64,000 nt of DNA. It comes from Diadema antillarum. Taxonomy: Eukaryota. Position numbers and translations under genes: made by a program. Positions within the stretch are counted from its first letter, which is position 1. Every line of letters starts with the position of its first letter. Where the stretch lies: assembly GCF_040938485.1 (NCBI RefSeq), contig NW_027271052.1:558001-622000 (forward strand). The letters are read 5' to 3'. The notes under the pieces are model-generated. The model was not told the DNA's origin, searched no databases, and saw only the letters and a list, made by a program, of their open reading frames with translations. Of this stretch, positions 13,511 through 26,583 are shown piece by piece.

Positions 13511-13842
13511 TTTATTGCTCCTACAAAGAGTTTTAAGCAGTTTCAAGAAGATATTGTTACAGAGAGAAGGAAGTGCCTCAAACGCAGTAATAGAAAGTTA
13601 ACATTCACTAGACAATATTAATGTTGCAATACTGGTTCCTTCAAATGATCGAATAAGTGGTAACCATTTTCAGCATCTAAACTGCACCTTTCATTATCAT
13701 AATTCGAATAAAGATGTAGAGTTTCACAAATCTAATGAACGTTAGTGATCTAAATAGATACCAGTTTGATCGGTAGTTTTGTTTCGAGCGGCTGATCTCC
13801 CAGTAGCAACATTTAGAATTAGGAACGTATATAAACCTGCAA

Positions 13843-13910
<68 letters not shown>

Positions 13911-14085
13911 AAATGTACATTCTGAATCGATGACCGAGCCCCTATATCGTCGCTCAAGAAAAGACGAACTTCATCTGCATAGTTTCAAACAAGTGTATCA
14001 AATTCTTTGGTGAAGAAGCAAAACTATCTAATGGATATGTAGCAGTAGCTAAGCTCGATATCGTACCATGCGCTGTAAAGCTTAC

Positions 14086-14377
14086 CAGTGCACGCCCTGT
14101 TTGCGGGAAAAATTGTCCCTCTTCCCTTTGGGATCTCTTCGTGTCAGCAAACCTCCGACGAATGGTCCGATGTTAATTGTGTCTAGCGTTTTGAGTACAA
14201 GTATGTGTGTTCGATGTCTCGCAGTGGTACCTTCTATCAAATCTTGGCTCTTTGTTGTTGACACACAACGATCTTACAAACTTTGTGAAGTGGTTCGGTC
14301 TCACGGTGGCGTGATAGTAAAGTCAACGTGATTAACTTGCGATAGCTACAAAGCATTTTTAGTTGTGTACCTGACCT
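14086..14377 (-). promoter_or_regulatory. Conserved upstream module / putative non-coding leader exon of copy 1
   Basis: AGGTCAGGTACA at 14377-14366, ATCACGCCAC at 14315-14306, donor CTG|GTAAGC with intron starting at 14085. The matching acceptor TTTGTAG lies 10 nt before the ATG. Confidence 0.6.
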
Positions 14378-14692
14378 TCGTCCGACATAACGACATGAAT
14401 GTGTAAACGTCAAGTTATACGACCTTTTCAGAATTCATTAATCATATTCTTGATGGTAATGACAATATCTGAATATGAATGTTTTATCAAATCCGTTTAT
14501 TTGACATTACTTGTAATATATTTTAACCCTGATTGCAATATCCGCACTAAATGAGATATTTGAAGCGTAATGGAAACAAAGACAACAGCTCTGCTCGGTT
14601 TCTCTTTCTTTGCTTGTCTCTGTGATGCCATTAATATCACTGACATTTTCTTTTTTATTGTGAGATAAGAATATGAATTAGACAAACATAGA

Positions 14693-14867
14693 GCAGTGAT
14701 TTGGTTCAGTCGGTAGCGCGTTGTGCCTCCAGATAATGGACCCAGGTTTGATTCCCTATAGTCGATCTGAGCAATGCTGTGTGTCATCATATAGTGTGGG
14801 AGGGTCCCAACTCATGCACGTAAAAGATCATGATTTTACTTGTCGCCAAGAGCAGGGTGCGCACAAC

Positions 14868-14868
<1 letters not shown>
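14693..14868 (+). mobile_element. tRNA-derived SINE, 3'-truncated
   Basis: Box A-like TTGGTTCAGTCGG, box B-like GGTTTGATTCC and core CATGCACGTAAAAGATC. Same family as 20285-20626, 29281-29713 and 38390-38723; ends at a (TA)n tract. Confidence 0.7.
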
Positions 14869-14914
<46 letters not shown>

Positions 14915-15022
14915 CTGAATTGCTGACGGAAAAACGAACTTCACCTGTATAATTTACAGGTGAGGAAGCAAAAGTACTCTCTGCTATTCTCTTGATCTCG
15001 TGCCATGCGCTATATAGCTTAC

Positions 15023-15179
15023 CGGTACACGGCCTGTTGCGCTAAAAATTGTCCCTCTTTCCTTTTGAGATCTTTTCGTGTCAGCAACCCTCCGACGAAT
15101 GGTTCGATGTTAATTGTGTCAAGCGTTTTGAATGCAAGTGTGTGTTGATATCTCGCAGTGGTACTTTCTATAATATCTT

Positions 15180-15216
<37 letters not shown>

Positions 15217-15334
15217 GGGCACAAGGTGATCTTACAAACTTTGTGAAATGGTTGGTCTCACGGTGGCGAGATAGTAGAGTCAACGTGATTGATTTGCGAA
15301 AGCTACAAAGCATTTTGAGTTGTGTGTCTGAACT
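15023..15334 (-). promoter_or_regulatory. Orphan (eighth) copy of the upstream module / leader exon, with no coding exons of its own
   Basis: Homologous along its length to 14086-14377. AGTTCA half-site at 15334-15329, donor CCG|GTAAGC with intron starting at 15022, (GA)n expansion at 15182-15212. Confidence 0.6.
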
Positions 15335-15439
15335 TCGTCCGTCATGATGAGATGAATGTGTAAACTTCAAGGTTACAGGACCTTTTCAGAGTACATTAGT
15401 TTTCTTCTTTGTGATAAAACAGTGTGTATGTAGATATGT

Positions 15440-15760
15440 TTGTCAAATTAAAAAAAAACCCTAGAGACAGATTTGCTTGATGCAAATTTCGCTATATCTG
15501 CAAGATGTATAATTCATTTCCAATTGACCAAAACACACCACGTGGATACCCCATCATTTACACATCAGTAACGTAGCGGTGTCGGCCTGTCCCAGCCTGT
15601 CCCAGCCTGTCCCAGCCTCTACGTTACTGATGTGAAGAGTCTATATGCCTGAAATCCACACACTGTGTTTGATCAAGTGCAAAGGAATTATGTATTGTTC
15701 CAGATATAGCGAAAGTTGCATGAGGAAATTCTGTCTCCGGGATTTTTTGATTTGTTCAAA
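15440..15760. repeat. Foldback/palindromic element at the centre of the head-to-head gene pair
   Basis: Perfect 16-bp inner arms CACATCAGTAACGTAG (15561-15576) / CTACGTTACTGATGTG (15619-15634), imperfect outer arms (TTTCGCTATATCTG / CAGATATAGCGAAA). The loop has 3 copies of GCCTGTCCCA. Confidence 0.75.
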
Positions 15761-15897
15761 TAACTTCTACGAGTTATGTCTGGCCGAATAAACGGTTTTG
15801 AAAAGGCTATCTACTCAACATAAAGAAGATGACTAATGTATTCTGAAAAGGTCGTGCAACCTTGGTGTTTACACATTCAATTCATTATGTTGGACGA

Positions 15898-16192
15898 AGG
15901 TCAGGTACACAATTGAATTTTTTTTTTTTTTTGCTTTCGCTATTAAAGTAATCACATTGACTTCACTATCACGCCCCCGTGAGGTTGAACCACTTCACAA
16001 AGTTGTTAAGATCGCTTTGTGTCAACAAGAAAAAGACAAGCTATGATAGAAAGTACCACCTCGAGATATAGAACACACTTCCATTCAAGACGCTAAACAC
16101 AATCTGCATCGAACCATTCGTCGGAGGGTTGCTGACGCGAAAAGCTCTCAACGTGAAAGGGTGGCAATTTTAACGCAACAAGGCGTGTACTG
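15898..16192 (+). promoter_or_regulatory. Conserved upstream module / putative leader exon of copy 2
   Basis: AGGTCAGGTACA at 15898-15909, ATCACGCCCC at 15968-15977, donor CTG|GTAAGC at 16193, acceptor TTTGCAG ending at 16586. Confidence 0.6.
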
Positions 16193-16596
16193 GTAAGCAT
16201 CATAGCGCATGGTACGAGATCAGTCGAATAGGAAAGGCTACTCTTACATCCATAAGATAGTTTTGCTTCTTGATAAAAAGTAATTTATAAGGAGAGAAAC
16301 TTTGTAGAGTGATGAAGAAGTGTCGTTCGTCAACGACTAAGAAGTAATCTATCTGATAGGCCACTATATGTTTTATAAATGGTTGTGTAACTGAACTTTT
16401 TTTTTTCGAACTGCAAAAATGTAAGAGGAGGTTAGATTCTTAAAATTGTAATTATTTGATCTTTTGAAGAACCATGTTTGCAACTCAACTCTTGTCGGGT
16501 GGATGTTAGCTCTTTTTCATTTCGTTTCAATCACTTTCTTTCCTCTGGAACAATATCGTCTTTAACCCGATGACCACCATTTGCAGAAGGAATAAA

Positions 16597-17892
16597 ATGG
16601 CCACTGACCCAAGAACGGCAGAAGACGGGCGCGCACGAGTCATCATGTGGTGCGTTCCCCGCTCGGTGTCGACAGCAATGACAAAATGCATGAGCTTCGT
16701 TGACGGGGCCGAAATCTGGCTGGAGTCATACGTCATTTCCAGGATGGCCAGAGAATTCCGTAAACTATATAATTCCGACTCCGACTCGCTTCCTGCTGAA
16801 TTTGATGGTAACGAAGAGGCTTACCTGGATGCAGCAAAAAATTTGAATTTCGGAGGTGACACACAGAACTTCAAACTCGATCTATTGTCGTAAGTGTTAT
16901 GTTTTATTAAACGTACCATGTCTGTTTGGCAGTGTTTGTGTCAAATTTGTTTAATATACTCAGTAATGAAATAAAGAAACAATATAATTAAAAATAGGAG
17001 TGAGGACGAATACTTACGACTTGCCTTTCCTCCTAGACTCAAACAATGTCAATGGCTTGCAAAACGTAAAGAGCTATGCCAAGTAAACTTGAACTCTTGA
17101 TCTAAATTACAATTGCTTAATGGTTTTGTTTATCCTATTTGAGAAGTCAATAAAAAACAACAATAACAAAGCATGTCTATGATATCTTTTGTCCTCATCC
17201 ACAGACCTGTTAGACTGAAGCAAATATTCGACTCGATTCCTCCCACCACGAAATTTGTCTTCGTCAAAGACATGGCCTTTGGTATGCCACCAAGCCGATA
17301 CAAGTACCTGCCTGATCCATCCAGTGGTTTTCGACATTGCTTCCTCATACGTCATCCTGTGAAGGCGTACAAATCCTTTCGGAAGACATTGCTGAAATCA
17401 GTAGAAGGAGTGGATCCCAAGGATCTACCACAGGGTATGCCGAAACCAGACCCAGAAAACTTTGATGTTATGGATTTTGCACCGGCACCGGAGGAAGGAA
17501 CGTTTTACTTTTTCAGGGAAATCCACGAATTGTGGTGCCACATTCGAGAAAACGTCGATAACAACCCGGTCATTGTCGATATCGATGAACTCATGGAGGA
17601 TCCGGCAACCATACTTCCACTGCTCTTCCGCGCACTCGGTATCCCGTACTCCGAGGATTACCTAACTTGGGACGCCTCATCCGATGTGGTCCTGAAGTGG
17701 CACAGTGTCTGTTCGAACGTCCTCGAGGCTCCACGCTATAAACTGTGGTTTGCCAACGCCTTTAAGAGTACTTGTTTCAAACCTTCCTCTACTTCCGCTT
17801 CTCTTGACGGGGTGACAAAGGATATCAGGGATATTGCAGAGAAGGAAATGCCGTACTACGAGGAAATGTACAAGTTTAGAATAACCCCTTAG
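16597..17892 (+). CDS. Sulfotransferase-fold protein, copy 2; join(16597..16889, 17205..17892); 326 aa
   Basis: ATG at 16597, TC|GTAAGT donor at 16890, CCACAG|A acceptor at 17204. Intact frame with the same family motifs. Confidence 0.9.
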
Positions 17893-18627
17893 TAAATTCG
17901 GTACACCATTCAAACACCTACCAGAGGGTCCTCTTTTTGGCGTAAGTTTGCATTAAAAAAAAAATCACTGTAATAATATTATGGTCGTCCTCGTGTATGC
18001 AATTTCAACCACTTGCCACAGAAAATTTCAGTTAGTATTAACTTAACATGCAATTTACAGGAATGAAATTGTGGTAACCTGCTGTATCCTTTGTTGACTA
18101 GAAGTAAATTCCAGACACTTTTCAATGTGACCATGACTAAAGTGCTGTCAGATTTGAATTCACAAATGTCATTTTCAAATCTATTATTACAGGCAATTGT
18201 TTGCTTCCGGAGCAGATCAATAGCTCTTTAGAAAGCTATCGTAACCTACTTGTTGTCATACTCAGACACACGAACTGGCGGTAGGCACAGACTCTTCTAT
18301 TTTTCACTGAAATCGATGAAATTCAGTTCATAATTCCGTCATTGTGAAATTCTTGAATGCATGCAGTTTATAGAGTTGATAATGTACGTATCTTTACTCA
18401 ACCTGAAGAACTAGAGGAGAAGTTGTTATAACTTTAATTTAGAAAGCCTAGGGTGCTCTTTAACTTCGGTATGAAATGTATAGAATGCATACATCTCATG
18501 GAGTTGAAAATGGACGCCACATTACTCAACTATAGGAGTACTAACATATTAGAGAAGATGATGCTTTTACAACTTTTGATTTGATAGACATAATATTTTA
18601 TAATTTCATAGTATTTATAATACGAAC

Positions 18628-20293
18628 AGTGCCTGGTGACTTTTCAGAACTCGTTGAACAATTCCTGGCAAACTCCCCAGTATCCCCGGGAATGCAATAT
18701 CGAACGTAATGCTAAACATTGTCACCCAAAACGAATCGACCCTAAATGTATTACATAATTAAGTCTTACCCCTGTTCAGACACAAAATTTTCATACCGAA
18801 ACTTGATAAAGAAACGTCGTTTAAGTTTTAAACGTAGAGGTAACGAACCATTCAAACACATATCTCGACCTATTAGTGGGAAAAAGAAATTGTATAGATG
18901 CACAGTTTGTCATTTTTCATTTTGTCATGGTCGCTGTCGCCCCATGGAGATAAGATATCGAACATAAATGTATAAACCTTAGTCCACCCTTATTATACAT
19001 TTTAACCCTGAATGTTATAACCCGAGACAACGCTATAAATGTAAGACATTTCACCTCATTGATATCTAAAGAGTCATCAATATGTAATTGAAAAACAAGG
19101 TATCATTTTATGATGTTCTATTGTTGGATTCTTTTTTTTTTCAGTTTTGGTAGTTACAGGCAGCTGGTTTACTTGACAGTATTAAAACACTAATTTGTAG
19201 TTGGACATGTAGGCAACCTTCGTAGGACCTACCGTATATGAATGAAAGCAGAATTCGTTGAGTGGTAAAAACCCTGCTGGTAAGAACACAGTGTCACACA
19301 GTGAGAAACACAATGTGAACACGGGGTAAACATAAAGCGAACACAGTGGGGAATTTTGTCACACTCTGTTAAATTCGAGCGGTTTAACGTCATGAACATA
19401 TTGTGAATCATCCTTTCACAGTACGGATTCACAGTGTGTAACACAACATTACTATGTGAGCTTTCTGTGCAAAAGTACACCACAATGTGCAATCATCTTC
19501 ACACTGTTGTATTCGAGCGTTTTCACATAATAGTCGACCATGTAAACACATTGTGAACACACTGTGGGACATTGTTTTCTTTCCAGAAAGGAATGAGGCT
19601 GTTTAACTGATATATCACTTTTCTGTATTAGCAGAATACGGAATTTGGATTGGAGCAAGGCATGATAGATTTATGTCTCCAATATTGCAAACATCGTTGT
19701 TAATGTAGCAGAAAAAGTGGGAAGTATTAGTCTATAGCAAAGGAATTGTAGTAATGATTTAGGTGCGTTAACCTGCAGGGGCTAAATAAAAAAAGATCAT
19801 AGTGCCGCGTTATGTGATATAAATGATCAGGACGTAAAATTTGGAATGATTTTATATCAGAGGGGCTGTAGTACTGGTCAGATTACGTCTCTATATGATT
19901 TGTAATTGTATAATGCAATGGGCTTACGATGTGCGGTCTGCTTTATTTTCCCGTCCTGAACATTCCTTTTATTTGAAATTGATTAATAACAAACTTGAAA
20001 GTTCCATTTTCATTGTATATTCTGATGTTTGAAATATTATTGAAAATGATCAAGCTTTATTTCTTATAGGAATGTTGAAAATACAAAAATAAAACCAAAC
20101 CACAGCAAATCAATACATGGGCAAGGGAATGGGATTTTGTAGTTTGTCCTTATTTTTTCTGGTACATTTTGTATTTCCTTCCAATATAATTAGCAATGCA
20201 TGTATTTAACTTGTGATTCACGTTGAGCTTGTTGGGCAATGTATCGAACAACAATTCAGACTTCACTCAAAGTCAGTATGTTTGTTTATCTAT

Positions 20294-20356
<63 letters not shown>

Positions 20357-20940
20357 CTTATTTATTTATTCCATGTGAGAAGATGACTGGATAACCAATA
20401 TTCAGTTGCACTAGCTGGTCTTCCATGGGGTCCAGTTGGATGTGAGGCGGGACCACTTCACCAGGTTATGCACCCTGCTCTTTGCGATGATTGATCTTTT
20501 ACGTGCCTGACTTGTGACCCTCTCATACTGTTTGATGACACGCAGCACTGCTCAATTCGACTTGGGAATCAAACCTGGGTCCATTATCTGGAGGTACACG
20601 CGCTACCGACTGAACCAAATCACTGCTCTATGTTTGTCTAATTTATATTCTTATCTCACACTATGGTAACACAGAGACAAGCGAAGAAAGAAAAAACGAG
20701 CATAGTTCTTGTCTTTGTTTCCTGATACGCTGCCTTTATCACATTATGTGTTGATATTGCAATTCGGATAAATTGTTTTACAAGTAATGTCAAATGAACG
20801 TATTTGATAAAACATTCCTATTCAGAAACTGTCATTACCATAAGAATATGATTAATATAGTCTGAAAAGGACGTTTAACCCTTATACGTTTACACATTCA
20901 TGTCATTATGGGACGAAGGTCAGGTTCACAACTTAAGATG
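18628..20940 (+). repeat. Segmental-duplication block upstream of copy 3, paralogous to ~27157-29939 upstream of copy 4
   Basis: Co-linear shared non-coding blocks, e.g. GGTGACTTTTCAGAACT (18636/27164), CATGTAGGCAACCTTCGTAGGACCTACCGTATATGAATGAAAG, the CACAGTGTGAA-rich array, AGGGGCTGTAGTACTGGTCAGATTAC and the same antisense SINE. Confidence 0.85.
20285..20626 (-). mobile_element. tRNA-derived SINE with (AAAT)n tail
   Basis: Reverse complement has a tRNA-like head (GGTTCAGTCGGTAGCGCG...GGTTTGATTCC), the core GCACGTAAAAGATC...GCAAAGAGCAGGGT and a 3' part shared with 38590-38723; (TTTA)n at 20285-20370. Confidence 0.75.
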
Positions 20941-21204
20941 CTTTGTAGCTATCGCAAGTTAATCACGTCGACTTTACTATCACGCCACCGTAAGACAGAT
21001 CCACTTCACAATGTTTTTAAGATCGCTTTGTGTCAATAAGAAAGAGACAAGCTATGGCAGAAAATGCCACTGCGAGATATCGAACACATACTTGCACTCA
21101 AAACAGAGACACAATTAACATCGAACCATTCGTCGGAGAGTTGCTGACACGAAAGGATCTCAAAAGGAAAGAGGAACAATTTTCGCGGAACAAGACGAGC
21201 ACTG
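20917..21204 (+). promoter_or_regulatory. Conserved upstream module / putative leader exon of copy 3
   Basis: AGGTCAGGTTCA at 20917-20928, ATCACGCCAC at 20979-20988, donor CTG|GTAAGC at 21205, acceptor TTTGTAG ending at 22264. Confidence 0.6.
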
Positions 21205-21464
21205 GTAAGCTTTGCAGCGCATGGTACGAGATCAAGCATAGCTACTGCTACATATCCATTAGACAGCTTTATTCCTTCTTCACCAAAGAAATTGATACAC
21301 TTGTTTTGAAACTATGCAGATGAAGTTCGTCTTTCCTTGAGCGACGACATAGGGGCTCGGTCATCGATTCAGAATGTATGTACATGTATATTATACAAAT
21401 AGTGAATGGTCACGAGTGCGATGGTACAATGGTACAATCTTGTTCCATTGCACGAGTAAAGACC

Positions 21465-21631
21465 NNNNNNNNNNNNNNNNNNNNNNNNNNNNNNNNNNNN
21501 NNNNNNNNNNNNNNNNNNNNNNNNNNNNNNNNNNNNNNNNNNNNNNNNNNNNNNNNNNNNNNNNNNNNNNNNNNNNNNNNNNNNNNNNNNNNNNNNNNNN
21601 NNNNNNNNNNNNNNNNNNNNNNNNNNNNNNN
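21465..21631. other. Assembly gap (N run) inside intron 1 of copy 3
   Basis: 167 consecutive N. Confidence 0.98.
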
Positions 21632-22274
21632 GGGCCCTTAGCGGCGCTGCGCGCAAACGCTAGAAAACGACGCGGACGTTTAACAAAGCAATACGCGCAA
21701 AAAAGATCAACTAGTTAACTACGCGGAAATGCATAGACGCATCAAAAAGTGACAGGATTTGGACAAAACATGCTGTTTTGAATGTGGTAATTGGAGCATT
21801 TAGGAGTGGAATTTCAGACAGAGATTTGCATATCCAAATACGTCAGAGTTTCTTGTACAATATGGAGGTGAAAACTCATTTTCGGTATATAATGCCCTAA
21901 GGGCCCTTTTCTCGCGTCACGGCCCAATATTATGTATATATATATGCGTGTGTGTGTGTGTAATTTTAAATGTTGCGACTGGGAGATCAGCTGCTCTCAA
22001 CAAACCTACCAATCAAAATGGTATCTATTTAAATCACTAACGTTCATTAGCTTTTGTGAAACTACATTTTTATTCGAACTACGATAATGAAAGACCAGTT
22101 TAGATACTGAAAATGGTTACCACTTATTTGATCATTTTGAAGGAACCAGTATATATTGCAACATACATTTTGTCTAATGAATATTAGCTTTCTATTACTG
22201 CGTTTGAGTCACTTCCTTCCCTCTGTAAAAATGTCTTCTTTAACCTGCCTAAAACAATTTGTAGGAGGAATAAA

Positions 22275-23892
22275 ATGGCATGTGACGCGAACATGGCAGG
22301 AGGTGACAACAACGCACGCATCATCATGTGGTGCGTTCCCCGCTCTGTGTCGACAGCAATGACAAAATGCATGAGCTTCGTTGACGGCGCCGAAATCTGG
22401 CTAGAGCCGTACGTCTTTTCCAGGATGGCCAGGGAACTATATCATTCCGATCCGCTTCCTCTTGAAATTGATGGTAACGAAGAGGTTTACCTGGATGCAG
22501 CGAAAAACTTGAATATGGGAGGTGACACAGAGAACTTCAAACTCGATCTATTGTCGTAAGTCTTCTGTTTTCGAAACGTACTATGTCTGTATGGGTTCCA
22601 TGACATTAGCTCCTGCGACAATAGCTTCCATGAAATATCTGCACGCTAAGCCAAACATAAATTACATCTACAAACATAACCTAAACCCTAATCTTAATCC
22701 TCATATCAAAGTAAACCTGAACCACTATCATATCCCTAACTCTAACACTAGGTCCTTTTAGAGAAAATAAGACCGGAATAATTGTCGTAGGAGCAAATGC
22801 CGTGTCACTGTCTGTATAAACAGTGTTTTCGTAGCACTTGTTTATTACAGTCAGTATAATAATTATTAAAGAGGAAAAAAAAATGAATCAAGAATAGGAA
22901 TGAGGGTGAATACTTGCAACTTGCCTTTCTTCCTAGACTCAAACAATGTAAATGGCTTGGAAAACCTAAAGAGCTATGACAAGTAAACTTGAACTCTTGA
23001 TCTGAATTACAATTCCCATTTAAGTAAAGTCCATGGTATACACATGTCCATTAGAATGCGGTGAAATGTAGTTGATCTCCATGATTTGTTTTTAAATTCT
23101 ATCTAGCCAACATCTTAAACCAAGGATTCAATTCATTTTCATTCGTGTATGAGAAGTCAAATAAGATACATCACTGTAATTACTTCTGTCCTTATCCACA
23201 GACCTGTTAGACTGAAGCAAATATTCGACTCGATTCCTCAAACCACTAAATTTGTCTTCATCAAAGACATGGCCTTTGGCATGCCACCAAGCCGATACAA
23301 GTACCTGCCTGATCCATCCAGTGGTTTTCGACATTGCTTCCTCATACGTCATCCTGTGAAGGTGTACAAATCCTTTCGGAAGATATTGCTGAAATCAGTA
23401 GAAGGAGTGGATCCCAAGGATCTACCACAGGGTATGCCGAAACCGGATCTAGAAAACTTCAATGTTATGGATTATGCACAGCCACCGGAGGAAGGAACGC
23501 TTTACTTTTTCAGGGAAATCCACGAATTGTGGTGCCACATTCGAGAAAACGTCGATAACGACCCGGTCATTGTCGACATCGATGAACTCATGGAAGATCC
23601 GGCAACCTTACTTCCACTGCTCTTCCGCGCACTAGGTATCCCATACTCCGAGGATTACGTAACTTGGGACGCCTCATCCGATGTGGTCCGCACGTGGCAA
23701 AGTTTCTGTTCGAACGTCCTCGACGCTCCGCGCTATAATATGTGGTTTGCTGACGCCTTTAAGAGTACTTGTTTTAAATCTTCCTCTACTTCCACTTCCC
23801 TTGACGGGGCGACAAAGGATATCAGGGAGGTTGCCGATATGGAAATGCCGTACTACGAGGAAATGCACAGGTTTAGAATAGCCCCTCCGTAA
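22275..23892 (+). CDS. Sulfotransferase-fold protein, copy 3; join(22275..22555, 23202..23892); 323 aa
   Basis: ATG at 22275, TC|GTAAGT donor, CCACAG|A acceptor at 23201. Intact frame with the family motifs. Confidence 0.9.
22602..22801. mobile_element. MITE with CCCTAA-like interior in intron 2 of copy 3
   Basis: TIRs GACATTAGCTCCTGCGACAAT / ATTGTCGTAGGAGCAAATGCC. Confidence 0.65.
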
Positions 23893-26270
23893 ATTCGGGA
23901 CACTAATCAAACCTCGGCTAGAAGAGTGAACTTATTGACTTAGATTTGCGTTAAAAGAAAATCACTACAATGATAATGATAATCTTCCTGTATGCAAGTT
24001 TCTCCACTTGCCACAGAAAATTTAAGTAAATACATATATGAACTAAAAATGAGATTTACTGGGATGAAATAGGGGTAACCGGCTGTATCCTTTGTTTACT
24101 AGAAATAAATTCCAGACACGTTTCAATTTGACCATGACTAAAGTGGTGCCAGATTTGAATTCAGAAATATCATTTTCAAATCTATTATCACAGGCATAAT
24201 TCTGGAGCTGATCAATTACTCTTTAAAACGCTATCGTAACCTACTTGTCACATATTCAGAAAGACGTACCGGCGTTAAGCGGAGACTCTTCCATTTTTCA
24301 CTGAAATTGATGAAGTTCAGCTTAATTCTGTCATTGTGAAATGCACTGAATACATGCAATTTATAGATTTGATAATGTATTTGATAACGTAACATCACTC
24401 AACTATTTGGGTACTAAAGAACTAGAGGAGCTGTTGCCATAACTTTTGTTTAGATAGACTTTGCCTGCTCTTTAACTTTGGTATGATATGTATAGAATGT
24501 CTAAGTTTCATATAAAGTTGAAAATGTACATCACATTCCTCAACTTTTTGAGTGCAGATATACCTAAATTGTTGCTCTTACAACCTTTGTTTGGATAGAC
24601 TTATCGAGCTCTTTAGCTTTGAGATGATTCATGTTTCACGAGTCAGATATGCAAAATATTCAACTTGTTATATACTTACCTGCATCACTTTTGGACTGTT
24701 TTATGGGAAAAGCAATTGTTTTATGTCATGTTACAAAGAATACCATACTAAACTACAACTTCGGCCAGCTCGATCCTTAAGCATACTTAACTTGCAATAG
24801 TGAGGGAATGACACATCTCAGACAAACCATCAATATCACATGTAGCCACTTAATGACAACGATTGCTCCAGTCTTAATGGCAATCATTTACATAATGAGT
24901 AGACACTAATAACATAGCAAATTCATATTCTAAATAGATGGATGCTCTTTAAATGACGCGTTTTCGGATTTGGTCAAGGTCAACCAAACCACCCGAAGAG
25001 AATGACTCTTCACTAATATCTAAGACATGACATAATATACAAATAGTGAATGGTCACGAGTGCAATGGTAATTGCACGAGTAAAGACCATACACTATTTG
25101 TTTTATACAACGTCCAAGTAGATCTCTGTTTGGTTGGAGGATTGTTGGGTAGGTCTAAGTAGGCCTAGAAGTCTATATGAAAAATTTAGCCATACTTACA
25201 TGTGGATCCACTGCGATTCTCTTTCTGGCTTGTGCAATCAGTGTAGATACAGGTAACAGCTAGCGCTCATACACGTACACTAGCACTACGTACGAAGGCC
25301 TACATACGCGCATGGGATGTACCGCACACGTTCACCGCGCTAGCTGCAATATGCAACACACGGTACATGCAGTATCGTACAATTTCTCGAACCGTGGAAT
25401 AGAACGAAAAAATCGAACCAAGTTGCACGCAAAAATAGAATCAAAATTGCACGGCGCGTTGAATGGAGTACTTATTGAATATCACGTCACCGACAATCCT
25501 CCAATCAAATTACAAGGATCTACTTGGGCGTTGTATAATAATGTTCTAAAACTATTCAGTGTTATGACAAGTTGACATTGAAAATGGATTGCCACACTTA
25601 CATTTCATACAAATTGAATTTGATTTGACTTTGTTTTATTTCTATGTAAAAATATATACAAAGTTTTTTGTTTTGTTTTTTAAAGAAGAAGAAGAAGATA
25701 TAAGCAGATATATTTACGAGTTGGGCCCATCCTGGTCAAGTTGGGGTTATGCTTCCTGATGGGAGCATACTGTTTATTGCATATTCATTTGAATTATCAT
25801 CCCTCACATGGGTAAGGGAAAGACGACCAACTAGGTGGTTTTGATTTTCTTCTTACGTGTTTGTACAGTTAGGTTTTCATGGTTTTGGGCCCATCGTTTG
25901 CTCCAGACTAGAAAATATAGATATCGATATCATTCGAATTAGAGGTAACCGAAAATTGCAGTTTGTTTGAGATAAGACTTTAAGAAATAAGGTTAATTAT
26001 ATTTTGTACTGTCCAACGGGCAATCATTCAGTCCAATTCGACCATCCTTTGTCCGTGCCTACATTAAATGCGATCGGCACTCGTCGCACTCAAATACATG
26101 TACCTCTTTGAGGGTGACGATGTAGTATGAAATGTAAATTCCCGGGTAGCATTCCAGGGTTAGCATAATACCAACAACGTCTTGCGGACCGTGTCGCGCC
26201 TGTGACATAACGTGTGCTTGCACCTCAGAAGACCGGACAAGAAATATAATCCGGAATTCATTCGCTGGTA

Positions 26271-26322
<52 letters not shown>

Positions 26323-26325
<3 letters not shown>

Positions 26326-26583
26326 CTAACAGCAAAATTATTCATATCCCTGGGATTTTTTGTTTTTTGTTTTGAGCACAATTCTTACAAGTAAATGATG
26401 GAGTGATGGTGATTGGGTGTTATATCTCAACATTTCTATTGTTATGCAAAAGAGGTGAAACTGGAATTAATGTCAATTTACAGAGGACAAATAAGAGCAA
26501 AAAGTTAGCACCCAATCACCATCACTCCATCCTTCACTTGTAAGAAAGCTGCTCAAAACTAATAATTCCTCAGGGGTATGAAT
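26323..26583. mobile_element. TA-associated MITE (Tc1/mariner-like ends), right end lost in a gap
   Basis: Starts CAGCTAACAGC directly after (TA)n and has long imperfect inverted arms. It is the inverted relative of 40868-41125. Confidence 0.65.

Noticed and set aside
17893-24620. Conserved polyadenylation signal or structured RNA in the shared 3' flanks
   Set aside because: AATAAA at ~24105 (copy 3) is AGTAAA in copy 2 and absent in copy 1; the similarity is explained by segmental duplication.
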